Below the pieces are notes generated by a model. The model ran no database searches, had not been told where the DNA came from, and was given only the letters and a program-made list of their open reading frames with translations. Positions 37,486-47,841 of a DNA stretch of 64,000 nucleotides are shown here, one piece after another (positions within the stretch are counted from its first letter, which is position 1; every line of letters starts with the position of its first letter). The stretch spans positions 512,001 through 576,000 of the forward strand of contig CAWEQH010000010.1 in assembly GCA_963811165.1 (NCBI GenBank), read 5' to 3'. This DNA is from an uncultured Nitrospiraceae bacterium (GTDB lineage: Bacteria; Nitrospirota; Thermodesulfovibrionia; Thermodesulfovibrionales; UBA6898). The position numbers and the translations under genes were made by a program.

Positions 37486-38466
37486 TTATTCAGCGGGAAA
37501 AGCAGGTCTCGGATACAGCCCTGCCGCCTTCACAATACCCTCGATCGCAGTCTCCCACTCGATCGCCTGGATATGGACGCCCTTAATGCCCGGCGTCTCC
37601 AGGACCTGGTGGATAAGTTCGACGGTGAGCTTGAGCCCCTCCGCCTCCTGCAGTTCCTTGGCCTTTTTCTTGTCGTCTCCAGCAGCCGCTTTCGCCTTGT
37701 TCATCCTGTCGATGAGCGCCTTAGGAACAGAGACGCCGGCAACAGAGGAGTCCATATACTTGAGCATCATGGCGCTCTTGGGGACGATGATGCCCCCGAG
37801 AATGGCGGTACGTTCATGGAGGCCCATGTTCCGGATCTTCTCCATCTGGGACCTGAAGAGCTCGATATCATAGATACCCTGGGTCTGGATGAAATCTGCC
37901 CCGGCATTCACCTTTTTTAGAAGGTTCATGGGTCTGAAATCAATAGGGTCACCCATCGGGGTCCAGGATGCGCCCACGAAGAATTTCGGAGCTACTTCTA
38001 GCGGATCGCCGCCCTCCTGTTTGCCCTCGTCGCGCATCTTTTTCAGTATGCCTACAAGTTGGCAGGTGTCAACGTCGTAGACGTTCTTTGCGCCGGGATG
38101 TCCCTTGAGCCTTCCGGCCGCACTGAACTTCTGGTGGTCGCCAGCGAGACAGAGACAGTTTTTGAGTCCCAGGGCAGCGGCCCCGAGGAGGTCCGCCTGG
38201 ATGCCGATCCGGTTCCGATCACGGCAGGTCATCTGCATTACAGGCTCAAGCCCTTCTCTCAATGCCAATACCGCAGCCGCTATACTGGAGATGCGAACGA
38301 CCGCCGTCTGACAATCCGTAATATTAGCGGCGTCGCAGAAACCTTTCAAAATATTGGCCTTCTTAGTCACTTCCTGGCCGTCGGCAGACATGGGCGGTCC
38401 GAGTTCTGCAGTGACCGCAGGCTTGCCGCTCAGGATGACTCTTTCAAGATTGCTTCCGCTCTTCAT
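37486..38466 (-). CDS. metF: Methylenetetrahydrofolate reductase catalytic subunit
   Basis: VTAELGPP, NITD, QMTCRDRNRI, LAGD, KKVNAGADFIQTQ, GVHI. Confidence 0.92.
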   Translation of the reverse strand: MKSGSNLERVILSGKPAVTAELGPPMSADGQEVTKKANILKGFCDAANITDCQTAVVRISSIAAAVLALREGLEPVMQMTCRDRNRIGIQADLLGAAALGLKNCLCLAGDHQKFSAAGRLKGHPGAKNVYDVDTCQLVGILKKMRDEGKQEGGDPLEVAPKFFVGASWTPMGDPIDFRPMNLLKKVNAGADFIQTQGIYDIELFRSQMEKIRNMGLHERTAILGGIIVPKSAMMLKYMDSSVAGVSVPKALIDRMNKAKAAAGDDKKKAKELQEAEGLKLTVELIHQVLETPGIKGVHIQAIEWETAIEGIVKAAGLYPRPAFPAE

Positions 38467-39182
38467 TATTTCTTCCCTCCCGCTGTCTCCGACTTCTGCG
38501 CTTCCTGCTCCTCGTATGCCCTGATATGCTCGAGCGATATCCTGCGAGGTCCGCCGTCGCGCGATGTAGACCAGTTACGCGGAGGCTGGATCTCCGCAAG
38601 TTTTTCCAAGTTGCCGAGTTTCTTCATCCGCTCCACGATCAGGTACCACGCGCAGTCCACGTCCTGGCTGACCTCGCATTTGCCCTTGTTAGTTCCACCG
38701 CATGGTCCGTTCATGAGCGTCTTGGAGCAGCGTGCAATGGGGCAGATGCCGCCGGTCAGATGAAGGATACAATTTCCGCAGCCCGCGCAAAGCTCAACAA
38801 AATTGCCCGGCGACTCTACCGCTCCATAAAATGAGGTATTGATGCCGGGATAGACCGGGACCGTCCCTGTTCGGTCGGAAAGGAAATTGACACCCACGCC
38901 GCATGCTGTTGAGAGGATGAGGTCATATTTCCGCAACTCATCCATGACCGGCTCGAAATATTCCGGCTCGCAATGCCGCACGACAGAAGTGAAATTCACT
39001 TCCATCTCCTTCCCTTCCTGCCCCGCCCGCATCCTAATAAGCGTCGCGATGGTCTCCGCCTCCTTTTCGCCGCCGGCATGGCATACCGCCACACAGGTAT
39101 TGCAGCCGAAGACCAGGACCCTTTTGAAATCCTTCACCATGTTCCAGATTTCATCCATAGGTTTTTGTGATCCAATTATCAT
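38466..39182 (-). CDS. metV: Methylenetetrahydrofolate reductase Fe-S subunit
   Basis: GCNTC...C..GG, ACGVGV, CAGCGNC.L..TGGICPIARCSK...NGPCGG...GKCE...CAW. Confidence 0.92.
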   Translation of the reverse strand: MIIGSQKPMDEIWNMVKDFKRVLVFGCNTCVAVCHAGGEKEAETIATLIRMRAGQEGKEMEVNFTSVVRHCEPEYFEPVMDELRKYDLILSTACGVGVNFLSDRTGTVPVYPGINTSFYGAVESPGNFVELCAGCGNCILHLTGGICPIARCSKTLMNGPCGGTNKGKCEVSQDVDCAWYLIVERMKKLGNLEKLAEIQPPRNWSTSRDGGPRRISLEHIRAYEEQEAQKSETAGGKK

Positions 39183-39217
39183 AGTCCTTGCTCCTTTGTA
39201 TCGGTTTCTAAGAATAT

Positions 39218-41320
39218 TTACGGTTTTGCAGCCCTAAGCCCTATCTGTCTGACCCTGTCAGCGAAATCCGCACAGACCGAAGCATAAGAATTTCCGTTAC
39301 GCGAATCCGACGTCAACATCTCGATGCGGCCTGCTTCCATTCCGAGCATACCGACAAGTTGTTTTGTCCGTTCGACGCGGGCCGCGACGCGGTTCTCAAT
39401 ACCTTTATATTTACAGGCAACTCCGGAACAACGTATGACCGCCACGCCGTCCGCGCCGCATTCGAGGGCCCTAAGCAGGTCGTTTACGTCGATACGGCTC
39501 GTGCAATGTACCGGGACCTTACGCACATTCTCCGGCAGTTTGAAGCCGAGCACACCCACGTGGTGCGAACAGAGGAAAGCGACTATCGCCGGTTCCTGCC
39601 TTTTCGGATTGATGGCTCCCACAACCGAAGGCAGCGTATCGCGAAACTCTCTGACATCATAACTCACCATGCTGATCGCCTGTCCAGGGCATTCGGGCGC
39701 GCAAAGGCCACATGCCTGGCAGTACTCAGGCCGTATCTCTGAGACCGATGTGACGACCGGAGCGCCGTAGGGGCAGACCCTCTGACAGGTAAGACACGCC
39801 ATGCACTTCTTCGTATCTACGACTGCGCCGCCGCCGCAACCCCGGCACCGTCCAGCCTCTTTGAGCGCCTCTTCCTCATTATAGCTAAATTCAAAGGCTG
39901 CAAAAGAACTGCAGCGGGTCTCCGGCGGAAGATGATTGAGCTTCATCCGCGGCTCTTTATTGATCCTATCGATAACGTCTTCGGGCAGTGGTGATATCTT
40001 TTCCTTCTCATAGGTCGGGAGGTTCCCTTCGATCTTTTCTCCCTGCAGGTAGAGATGGATCGCCATGGCTGAACGATGACCGCTTGCAGCTGCCGCGATG
40101 GCCGATCCGGGCCCGGCCACTACCTCGCCCGAACAAAATACACCCTTGGCGCTGCTCATGTGGGTCTTCGGCTCCCAAACCACACGGCCCCGCTCATCCA
40201 CCTGGACCGGACTGTCTTTCAAGAATGAGACGTTAGCCATCTGCCCGATGGTAATGATTACCGTATCGGCCTCGATGAGCATTGTCTGGCTGTTATCGAA
40301 GACCGGATTAAACCGTCCGTTTGTGTCAAACACCTGTATTGCCTTAACCACATCGAGTCCTTTAACCTTGCCGCTTTCACGGCTTACCGCTTTAGGACCC
40401 CAACGATGGTGTATGGTAATGCCTTCTTCAACAGCCTCGTCCACTTCCCACTTCCACGCAGGCATCTCCTCTGCACTTTCAAGGCAGACCATCTCGACAT
40501 TTTTGGCGCCGAGTCGCCTTGCTGAACGGGCCACATCCATCGCCACATTACCACCGCCGATGACCAGCACCTTGTTTCCCAGCGCCGGTTTCCTGTCAAA
40601 AGCAACATCCTCAAGGAATGGTATCGCAAGCAGAACGCCTTGCCCCTCCACTCCGGGAATGTTCAGCGAACGACTCTGTGAAAGCCCAACCGCAAGAAGC
40701 ACCGCGTTATGTTTGCCGATGATTTCGTTAATGGTGATGTCCTTACCTATTTCGCAGCCCGTCCTCACTTCAATTCCCTTTGAAATGACATCATCGATAT
40801 CTTCCTGAAGAGTTTTCCGCGGCAGACGGTATGGCGGGATCGCTGAGGCGAGCATCCCTCCCAATACGGGATGTCTTTCATAGATCGTCACCTGGTAGCC
40901 AAGATCGGCGAGATCGTTCGCGGCCGTCAGCCCGGAGGGTCCCGAACCGATGATCCCTATACTCTTACCCTTCGTCTTTTCCACAAGTCTTCGCTTGTTC
41001 CTGCGGTATTCGGAGGCCTTCTCCAAAACAAACCGCTTAAGGGGACGTACTGCAAGTGGTTCATCCACCTGGCAGCGCCGGCAGGATTGCTCACACGGAT
41101 GATGACAGATCATCGAACATACTGAGGCGATCGGGTTTACCGACCGGATCACCTCAAAGGCCTCGTTGTAGCGCCCCTGGGCTATAAACCCAACGTAAGC
41201 CTGTACGTCCGTATTTACCGGGCATGCCGCCCGGCAGGGTGAGTACAGCCTTGAATTTTTCAGGGCTGCCACGCGCTCGAGATGCGTCCCTTTTTTCTCA
41301 ATAGCTGATTCAGCTGACAT
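39218..41320 (-). CDS. Fused GltD/NfnB-like FAD oxidoreductase + 2x[4Fe-4S] ferredoxin + MvhD/FlpD domain
   Basis: PCRAACP and CSMICHHPCEQSC Fe-S; GSGPSG (FAD); GGGNVA (NAD(P)H); EAGRCRGC; CMACLTCQRVCP and CQACGLCAPECP; MvhD-like IVAFLC...VHCTSRID...GADGV...C....CKY. Confidence 0.85.
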   Translation of the reverse strand: MSAESAIEKKGTHLERVAALKNSRLYSPCRAACPVNTDVQAYVGFIAQGRYNEAFEVIRSVNPIASVCSMICHHPCEQSCRRCQVDEPLAVRPLKRFVLEKASEYRRNKRRLVEKTKGKSIGIIGSGPSGLTAANDLADLGYQVTIYERHPVLGGMLASAIPPYRLPRKTLQEDIDDVISKGIEVRTGCEIGKDITINEIIGKHNAVLLAVGLSQSRSLNIPGVEGQGVLLAIPFLEDVAFDRKPALGNKVLVIGGGNVAMDVARSARRLGAKNVEMVCLESAEEMPAWKWEVDEAVEEGITIHHRWGPKAVSRESGKVKGLDVVKAIQVFDTNGRFNPVFDNSQTMLIEADTVIITIGQMANVSFLKDSPVQVDERGRVVWEPKTHMSSAKGVFCSGEVVAGPGSAIAAAASGHRSAMAIHLYLQGEKIEGNLPTYEKEKISPLPEDVIDRINKEPRMKLNHLPPETRCSSFAAFEFSYNEEEALKEAGRCRGCGGGAVVDTKKCMACLTCQRVCPYGAPVVTSVSEIRPEYCQACGLCAPECPGQAISMVSYDVREFRDTLPSVVGAINPKRQEPAIVAFLCSHHVGVLGFKLPENVRKVPVHCTSRIDVNDLLRALECGADGVAVIRCSGVACKYKGIENRVAARVERTKQLVGMLGMEAGRIEMLTSDSRNGNSYASVCADFADRVRQIGLRAAKP

Positions 41321-41596
41321 TGCTCGCTCCTCATCTATTATTTAGTATGTCATCGCTCATGCGATTGCTATTCAAAGCGTTCTTCTCATTATATTCACTT
41401 ATGCAGGTAAATGTAACATATACAGTCTTAATATATCCATAATTTTTTTTAATAATCTCCCTTCATTAAACGTGTCCGCCAATAGGAATTTCATGTTGCC
41501 ATTCCTTGGAAAAAAGTTATCCGGTATATTGATCTCTACCCTTCATTTTGTTCGTATTGCAAAGGGTAGAAAGTAAAAAATATCATTTACGCTTTC

Positions 41597-43525
41597 TTAA
41601 CCCGACGATTGCCGGATAGACTCCAGGGTCTCCCATCGCTCGTATGCTGCAGCGATCTCTTTTTCGATTTCTCCGACTCGTGCCTTGGCCTCCGGGACCC
41701 TGCTTCCGTCCTGCCGGTAGAAGTCCGGATCCGCAAGGCTTTCGTAAAGCCTCTCGCGCTCGGCTTCCAGGGATTCGATAAGAGCAGGCAGTATTTCCAC
41801 CTCTTTTTTCTCCTTGAATGTCAGGATACGCGGACGTTCACGCAGCGGTCCCGACTTTTCCGACTTCGCGGACTTTGCCGGCTTCCTTACCTTTTCCGCT
41901 TTCACCGGGACCAATCGGCTCCGCTGCATCAGCCAGTCGTCATACCCCCCCACATATTCAACGATTTTTCCCTCACCTTCAAACACGATTGTGCCCGTGA
42001 CAACATTATTGAGGAATTCCCGGTCGTGACTCACAAGGAGGACAGTGCCCTCATAGTCCATCAGCATCTCCTCAAGGAGTTCCAGTGTATCGGCATCGAG
42101 GTCGTTTGTAGGCTCGTCCATCACCAGCATATTTGACGGCTTTGTAAAGAGCTTTGCCAGAAGCGCCCTGTTTCTTTCACCGCCTGAGAGGACCTTTACC
42201 GGCAGGCGGGCGCGTTCCGAGGAAAAAAGGAAATCTTCGAGATAACCGATTATATGCCTTGTCCTGCCGTTGACTGTCACACTCTCATGTCCCTCGCCCA
42301 CATTGCAGACCACCGATTTGTCGTCATCGAGCTGTGCGCGATGCTGGTCGAAATAGGCGATTTCGAGACGGGTCCCCATGCGCACCGATCCTCTGTCGGG
42401 CTCGATAAGACCGAGCAGGATATTGAGCAGTGTGGTCTTGCCGGAACCGTTTGCGCCGATGATGCCGATCTTGTCTCCGCGCATGATGACCGTGGAGAAA
42501 TCACGGACCAAATGACGGCCCTCGTAGGCGCATCCTATCCCCTTTGCCTCCAGCACCAGCCTGCCCGACCTCTCGGCCTCATTCATCCTCATCGTGGCGG
42601 ACCCTGCCTGTTCACGCCGCGCAAGACGTTCTCTCCTCAGTTCCTTCAGCGCTCTTACCCTTCCTTCGTTACGACTGCGCCTGGCCTTGATCCCCTGCCG
42701 GATCCACACCTCCTCCTGGGCGAGCTTTTTGTCAAAGAGAGCATTATGCGTGACCTCGGCATCGAGTTCGGCTTCTCTTTTCTTCAGGTACGTCTTATAA
42801 TCCCCCGGCCAGTCGCTCACACGGCCGCGGTCGAGCTCGACAATGCGTGTTGCCAGGGTCTGGAGAAATCTGCGGTCATGAGTGATAAAGAGTATTGCCC
42901 CGGAGAATTCGAGGAGAAATTCTTCAAGCCAACCTATCGATTCAATGTCCAGATGGTTCGTCGGTTCATCGAGGAGCAAGAGGTCCGGTTCGTTCACAAG
43001 CGCCCGCGCAAGCAGGACCCTCCTTTTGTAACCGCCGGAGAGTTCCGCCGCAGGTGCGTCGGCTTCCAGTTTGAGCCTGGAAAGGACCGTCTCAACCCGC
43101 TGTTGTACCTGCCAGCCGCCTGAGGACTCGATCAAATGCTGAATCCGTTCAAGCTCGCCGATTGCGGCAGTGTCGTCTCCGCGGCCCAGCCGGCTGCTCA
43201 CTGAATGGTATTTTGAAAGTAGTTCAACCATGCCGGCAAGCCCGCCCGACACAACCTCGAAGACGGTTCCCGCAAGGTCCCGGGGGACCTCCTGTTCAAG
43301 AGAGGCGATCCTCACCCCACGCTCAATAATGACTTCTCCGGTATCGGGGAAGATTTCGCCGGCCACGATCTTTAAAAGGGTGGACTTCCCGACGCCGTTT
43401 CTTCCGACCAGACAAACCCTCTCCCCCCGCTCTATCTGCAGGTTCACTCCATCGAGCAGATCCGGCCCGCCAAACGCAAGCCTCACCGCCTGTAAGCTCA
43501 GCAATGCCACATCTCGCCTCGACAT
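41597..43525 (-). CDS. uup: ABC-F family ATPase, Uup-like
   Basis: Two ABC domains (GRNGVGKST / GANGSGKTT, LSGG, DEPTN), WIRQGIKARRSRNEGRVRAL linker, C-terminal coiled coil; start 43525 or GTG 43510. Confidence 0.92.
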   Translation of the reverse strand: MSRRDVALLSLQAVRLAFGGPDLLDGVNLQIERGERVCLVGRNGVGKSTLLKIVAGEIFPDTGEVIIERGVRIASLEQEVPRDLAGTVFEVVSGGLAGMVELLSKYHSVSSRLGRGDDTAAIGELERIQHLIESSGGWQVQQRVETVLSRLKLEADAPAAELSGGYKRRVLLARALVNEPDLLLLDEPTNHLDIESIGWLEEFLLEFSGAILFITHDRRFLQTLATRIVELDRGRVSDWPGDYKTYLKKREAELDAEVTHNALFDKKLAQEEVWIRQGIKARRSRNEGRVRALKELRRERLARREQAGSATMRMNEAERSGRLVLEAKGIGCAYEGRHLVRDFSTVIMRGDKIGIIGANGSGKTTLLNILLGLIEPDRGSVRMGTRLEIAYFDQHRAQLDDDKSVVCNVGEGHESVTVNGRTRHIIGYLEDFLFSSERARLPVKVLSGGERNRALLAKLFTKPSNMLVMDEPTNDLDADTLELLEEMLMDYEGTVLLVSHDREFLNNVVTGTIVFEGEGKIVEYVGGYDDWLMQRSRLVPVKAEKVRKPAKSAKSEKSGPLRERPRILTFKEKKEVEILPALIESLEAERERLYESLADPDFYRQDGSRVPEAKARVGEIEKEIAAAYERWETLESIRQSSG

Positions 43526-43662
43526 ATCTTTTTCACTATTGTGCGCCTATGAATTATTGCACTTCTCTTTGCCTGTAATGACGGGATGCGTACCGTAGTG
43601 GACACAGTTTCCTGTCCATCACTCTTCCTCATTGTGTCACCCGGGACTTCCCGAATTTCGGC

Positions 43663-44316
43663 CTATCCAAGTTCTTTGCCCTTTTCACAAAAGACCATGT
43701 TGATCCCAATCATCTCTTCTTTGATCCTTTTATAGTCAATGCCGAAGGAGTTCTCAAGCGCCAATGCGATGCCGGAATATCGGCCGAACACCTCACCTAT
43801 GTTTGAAACCGTATATTGATGCCTGAAGTCCTTACACAGGATATGGGCCCTGTCCGTTTCGATAAAGGGTGTACGCTGAAGCGCCCTTTCAACCTCCATG
43901 GCTATTTCCTTTTTGAGAGCCGGGGTATCTTCACCACTGACGCGCCTCTTGAAAAGTAGTCCGACAGATAAGTTCTCCAGATCGAGACATTCATAGAAAT
44001 TCGCACAGTTGCTACAGCAGTATCTGAGCTCGCCTTTCATCGCCTCAATCAGATACGTCTCGAGCACCTCCCTGAAAACGTCATCCTCCCCCGGACTTGC
44101 CATCGCCAGTAGCTTTTCAACAAACTCCTCGCCGTCTTCAATAACTGCTTTAGGGGTCTCTTCCACTCTTTTTGCGTTTTCCGAACCGATGATACTGTTT
44201 GCAAGCAGAGCGTAATAGCGCAGTTCCACCGGGTAGAGGTCCAGTCTCTTTTTGAATTCCCTTTCATTGAGTTCGCACAAGACTGCATATGTAGAATATG
44301 TTTTTTTATCTTCCAT
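43663..44316 (-). CDS. Hypothetical protein with Cys cluster
   Basis: 217 aa; CCSNC....C...C pattern; AAAGGA RBS. Confidence 0.6.
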   Translation of the reverse strand: MEDKKTYSTYAVLCELNEREFKKRLDLYPVELRYYALLANSIIGSENAKRVEETPKAVIEDGEEFVEKLLAMASPGEDDVFREVLETYLIEAMKGELRYCCSNCANFYECLDLENLSVGLLFKRRVSGEDTPALKKEIAMEVERALQRTPFIETDRAHILCKDFRHQYTVSNIGEVFGRYSGIALALENSFGIDYKRIKEEMIGINMVFCEKGKELG

Positions 44317-44531
44317 TTCTGTCCTTTTTGTCAGTTGCCGGATTACGGTGACGGTCTTTAATTATAACCGCTGAGACAGGGTTTAATCATACGTCTTGCC
44401 GGACAGACCGGACCTAAATCCTTAATTATAATTATTTCTTAACTTAATTTAATTAGGCTTTTCCAAGCACTTATGGCAAAATGAGGTCAACCTAAATATG
44501 CAGCCAAATATTTTCGCCAGGGGAGGCAAGA

Positions 44532-45410
44532 ATGAAAGCGGCAAGGCTTCTAGTAGTGAATAAATATCTCACATTTTCAGTTTTCTTACTCACTTTTATG
44601 TCACTCACCATAGCCCAATTCTCCCACGCCGCCGATGATATCGTCGACAAAAATCACGTCTCCTGTGTGTCCTGTCATAGAGTACCGGCCTCGGGCATTT
44701 CTGATGCTAATCTTTTCCCTGAGGGGTTAGATCCCTCATCGATATGTCTTGACTGCCATCATTACAGCGATAACCATCATCCCGTAAACTTTACGCCCGG
44801 AAAGGTCTTCAACAATTCCCGGGGGGAGAACTTCCCTCTTTTTGACGGAGAGGTCAGATGCCTGACGTGTCATCAGGTTCACGGAGGACGGGGACTTACA
44901 GGGACCCCGAAGCTCCTGCGCGGGGGGCCCTATCAATACAGAACCGAGATCTGTTTCTTCTGCCACGATAAAGATCTCAATACGAAAATAAGTCCGCATC
45001 GCATGATCAATGACCGGGGCGAGACGATTCATGTCAATGGAGAGCCGGTCTGTCTGATGTGTCATGCAGCAGTACCGGACCAGACAACCTATCCGGTACG
45101 GGTGACATTTAAGGCTGATGTGGCTTTTCTTTGCTGGCGATGTCACCCCCCAATGGGCAACGGCGATTTTTTTAAAGGACATTTTCTCGTCAAGCCGAAA
45201 AAAAAGACACTCGACTACATGAGAAAAAAGGAGGAAGAAAATGCGGTAAGTTTTCCACTTCTGAACAGGGACAGGATTACCTGCTCGACATGTCATAATC
45301 CGCATCAAAAGGGGGTCATTTCCTATGGTCCGGCCCAGGCCGGGGCAGACGCCCCTACAAGGCTCCGTATGTCGAGTGGAATCCTCTGTTTCGGATGCCA
45401 TAACATGTAG
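44532..45410 (+). CDS. Periplasmic octaheme cytochrome c
   Basis: Signal peptide; eight CxxCH motifs (CVSCH, CLDCH, CLTCH, CFFCH, CLMCH, CWRCH, CSTCH, CFGCH). Confidence 0.92.
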   Translation: MKAARLLVVNKYLTFSVFLLTFMSLTIAQFSHAADDIVDKNHVSCVSCHRVPASGISDANLFPEGLDPSSICLDCHHYSDNHHPVNFTPGKVFNNSRGENFPLFDGEVRCLTCHQVHGGRGLTGTPKLLRGGPYQYRTEICFFCHDKDLNTKISPHRMINDRGETIHVNGEPVCLMCHAAVPDQTTYPVRVTFKADVAFLCWRCHPPMGNGDFFKGHFLVKPKKKTLDYMRKKEEENAVSFPLLNRDRITCSTCHNPHQKGVISYGPAQAGADAPTRLRMSSGILCFGCHNM

Positions 45411-45470
45411 GCAAAAAGGGAAGTCATATCAATGGAAGCGTTAATTACCTATCATCAGGAGTGTTCGATT

Positions 45471-45968
45471 ATGAAAAAACTTTCGATCATATCTGCAGCG
45501 TCTTTAATTTTTATCTCCTTCACTTTTGGGGCCGGTACCTTTGCTGCCGAAGATTCCCAAGGATGGACTTCGCTCCGTAAGGATGTCTATATCAACATGA
45601 AGAGCATTGCCTTTACATGCGGCAGTACGGTAAGCCTCTGGGTAAAGATAGTTCCCGAAGAGGATAGTGATGCCGTCTTGGTTGAAGCGAGAGAACAATT
45701 GATGAAAAAAGGAAGGGACGACAAGGCCCTTGCCTACTTGTATTCCGGTTTCCTGACGGAAATAGACTGTTCAAAGAACAGCCACCGGGAATTAATTACG
45801 ATCCTTTACGATGCAAACAAGAACATCATTCACTCGGAGGACCACCCTCAGGCCTCTTGGGTAACCATATCTCCGGGAAGCAGTTTTCACCTCGTGCAGA
45901 AGGCCGTGTGCGAAAAGTCACTACCGATTGCCTCTCATAAATCTGAAGCAAGAGAGGACAGGCTGTGA
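45471..45968 (+). CDS. Secreted protein, surface-adhesin E-like
   Basis: Signal peptide; YI...SI, LWVK, EIDC, W..I.PGS.....KAVC pattern. Confidence 0.6.
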   Translation: MKKLSIISAASLIFISFTFGAGTFAAEDSQGWTSLRKDVYINMKSIAFTCGSTVSLWVKIVPEEDSDAVLVEAREQLMKKGRDDKALAYLYSGFLTEIDCSKNSHRELITILYDANKNIIHSEDHPQASWVTISPGSSFHLVQKAVCEKSLPIASHKSEAREDRL

Positions 45969-46095
45969 ACCCGGCGCCCGCACGACACCTTGCAGGCTTA
46001 CGGTTTTGAGAGACATTTCAGGTCGCTAAGATGTTCCTTTTTCTTTTCCGTGAGGTAGAATAATATGAGGTAGAATAGATATAAGGAAGTGTGAC

Positions 46096-46302
46096 ATGAC
46101 GAAACACCAAAGACAATCGCCAAAAAATGTATCTCGGGAAAGGGAAAAAGTCCCTGAAAAAAAGGCTGAAGCAGGCAGTTTGGAAAGCTGCAGATGTAAG
46201 GAAGTGGCAAAGAAGACGCCCCGTGAAATGCTCAGTCTCATGATCGATGACCTGACTTTTTGGAAGAAACAAAAGGACAAGAAATCCGGGAATAGCGGCT
46301 GA
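46096..46302 (+). CDS. Small hypothetical protein
   Basis: 68 aa; AAGGA RBS; SCRCK...DLTFWKK. Confidence 0.5.
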   Translation: MTKHQRQSPKNVSREREKVPEKKAEAGSLESCRCKEVAKKTPREMLSLMIDDLTFWKKQKDKKSGNSG

Positions 46303-46457
46303 CCCCTGATAGTTGCCGGGGAGCCCGGAGAATGCACAGTGTAGATACCACTTTGTCTTCTCGTTATTCGTCCGTGTCAAGGTTAAGTAGGACCATCCCA
46401 TTTCCTCTATTCGTCCTGCCTTTTTTCTGCAGGTGCTGCCTTACGGTATAATAATGG

Positions 46458-47454
46458 ATGCGTAAGGTCGTATTGATCGCATCGGTGCTTCTTCTATTGT
46501 TTTCTGCAGCGCTTTGCGCGGCATCCGACAAAACCTATTCAAATCCCGTCCTGGTCGACACCTATCACATCAGCCGGCCAGAAACCAGCACGATACATCG
46601 GTACGCTTGGGATAGGCGATCCCGACGTCGTTTTGTACAAAGATAAGTATTATCTCTACCCAACAGGGGACAACCACAGCTACCATGTCTATATATCCGA
46701 CGATCTAGTCCACTGGTCCAGGGGGCCGAAAGTGTTTCAGAGCAAGGAAAACGGTGTATGGGCGCCTAATGTCTTCTTCAACCGCGATGACGATATGTTA
46801 TATCTCTACTACACGGCAAACGGCAAGATTGGCGTTGCTGAAGCCGACCGGCCCGCCGGGGAGTTCAAAGACCTGGGGATTCTGCTCAGCGGTGCGATAG
46901 ATGCGCACATGTTCCGCGACGACGACGGCTCATATTTCCTCTACTATGCCAGGTACCCGAACTTCGGGATATTTGTCCAGCCTATGGCTACCCCTATTCG
47001 GAAGAAGGGGGACCCCATTCAAGTCATCTCCCCTTCCGAGGCATGGGAAATAACAAATGTGCCGGTTACCGAGGCGCCATGGCTACTCAAACACCGGGGC
47101 GTCTATTACCTCCTTTACTCCGGGGGCAGTGCGAATACGGAGCATTACGCCATCGGGTACGCAACGGCACAAAACCCCTTAGGTCCTTTTATCAAGTATC
47201 CCGGTAATCCTATCATTCGAGAGGGAGGCGGCGTCCTCGGGCCTGGGCATGGGAGTGTAACGAGGGATCGGGAGGGGAAACTCTGGCTGGTCTATCACCA
47301 GCAGAGGGATAAGACACCGGGCTGGAACAGGGTAATCTGCATCGACCCCCTCTGGTTCGACGAGAAAGGTGTCCTCCATGGAAAAGCCACACGGGCGACG
47401 CCACGGCCCGCTCCTGTGACGGCGGAGAAAACCGGGGGAGCGGCACGGAAATAG
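46458..47454 (+). pseudogene. Frameshifted glycoside hydrolase family 43 gene
   Basis: Frame A carries a signal peptide and YSNPVL; the +1 frame carries IGDPDV..YKDKYYLY, WAP, IDA, EAPW, YYLLYSG, GPGH; shift lies within ~46545-46610. Confidence 0.75.
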
Positions 47455-47841
47455 ATCGGACTCCTCAACTTTTCTCACTTGCTCATGTTTAAAGGTGTAC
47501 TTCCTGGAATTCGCAATAGTTTCCACACTTAATAACTCTTTCTTTCTCCTTACTAACCAGCATATTCGGAGAGTAGCAACGATCTACACCTCCCTTCCCA
47601 CTCCTCGTCTTGAAGAATCTGAAGTTAGTGTCACTTTCTTCCAATAGTCCCCGGCTAAGGTCAGGTTAAGAACCTTGAAGGTTCAGGTTGGATAGCATAA
47701 GCACCCGAAAAATTGTTCTCCTATACTTCACAAACCCGACGGAAAGGAACACACTTCAGGTTCTTTCGGCAATCGTTGCCGTTGCGCAACGTCAAACGCC
47801 TGCTGTTCAACCCCGTTCCGCGTCCTTTATCCCAGCGAGTG

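Noticed and set aside
47455..47841. Unexplained intergenic DNA with short Cys-containing minus-strand frames
   Set aside because: No coherent ORF, terminal repeats, attC-like structure or RNA motif that I can support.
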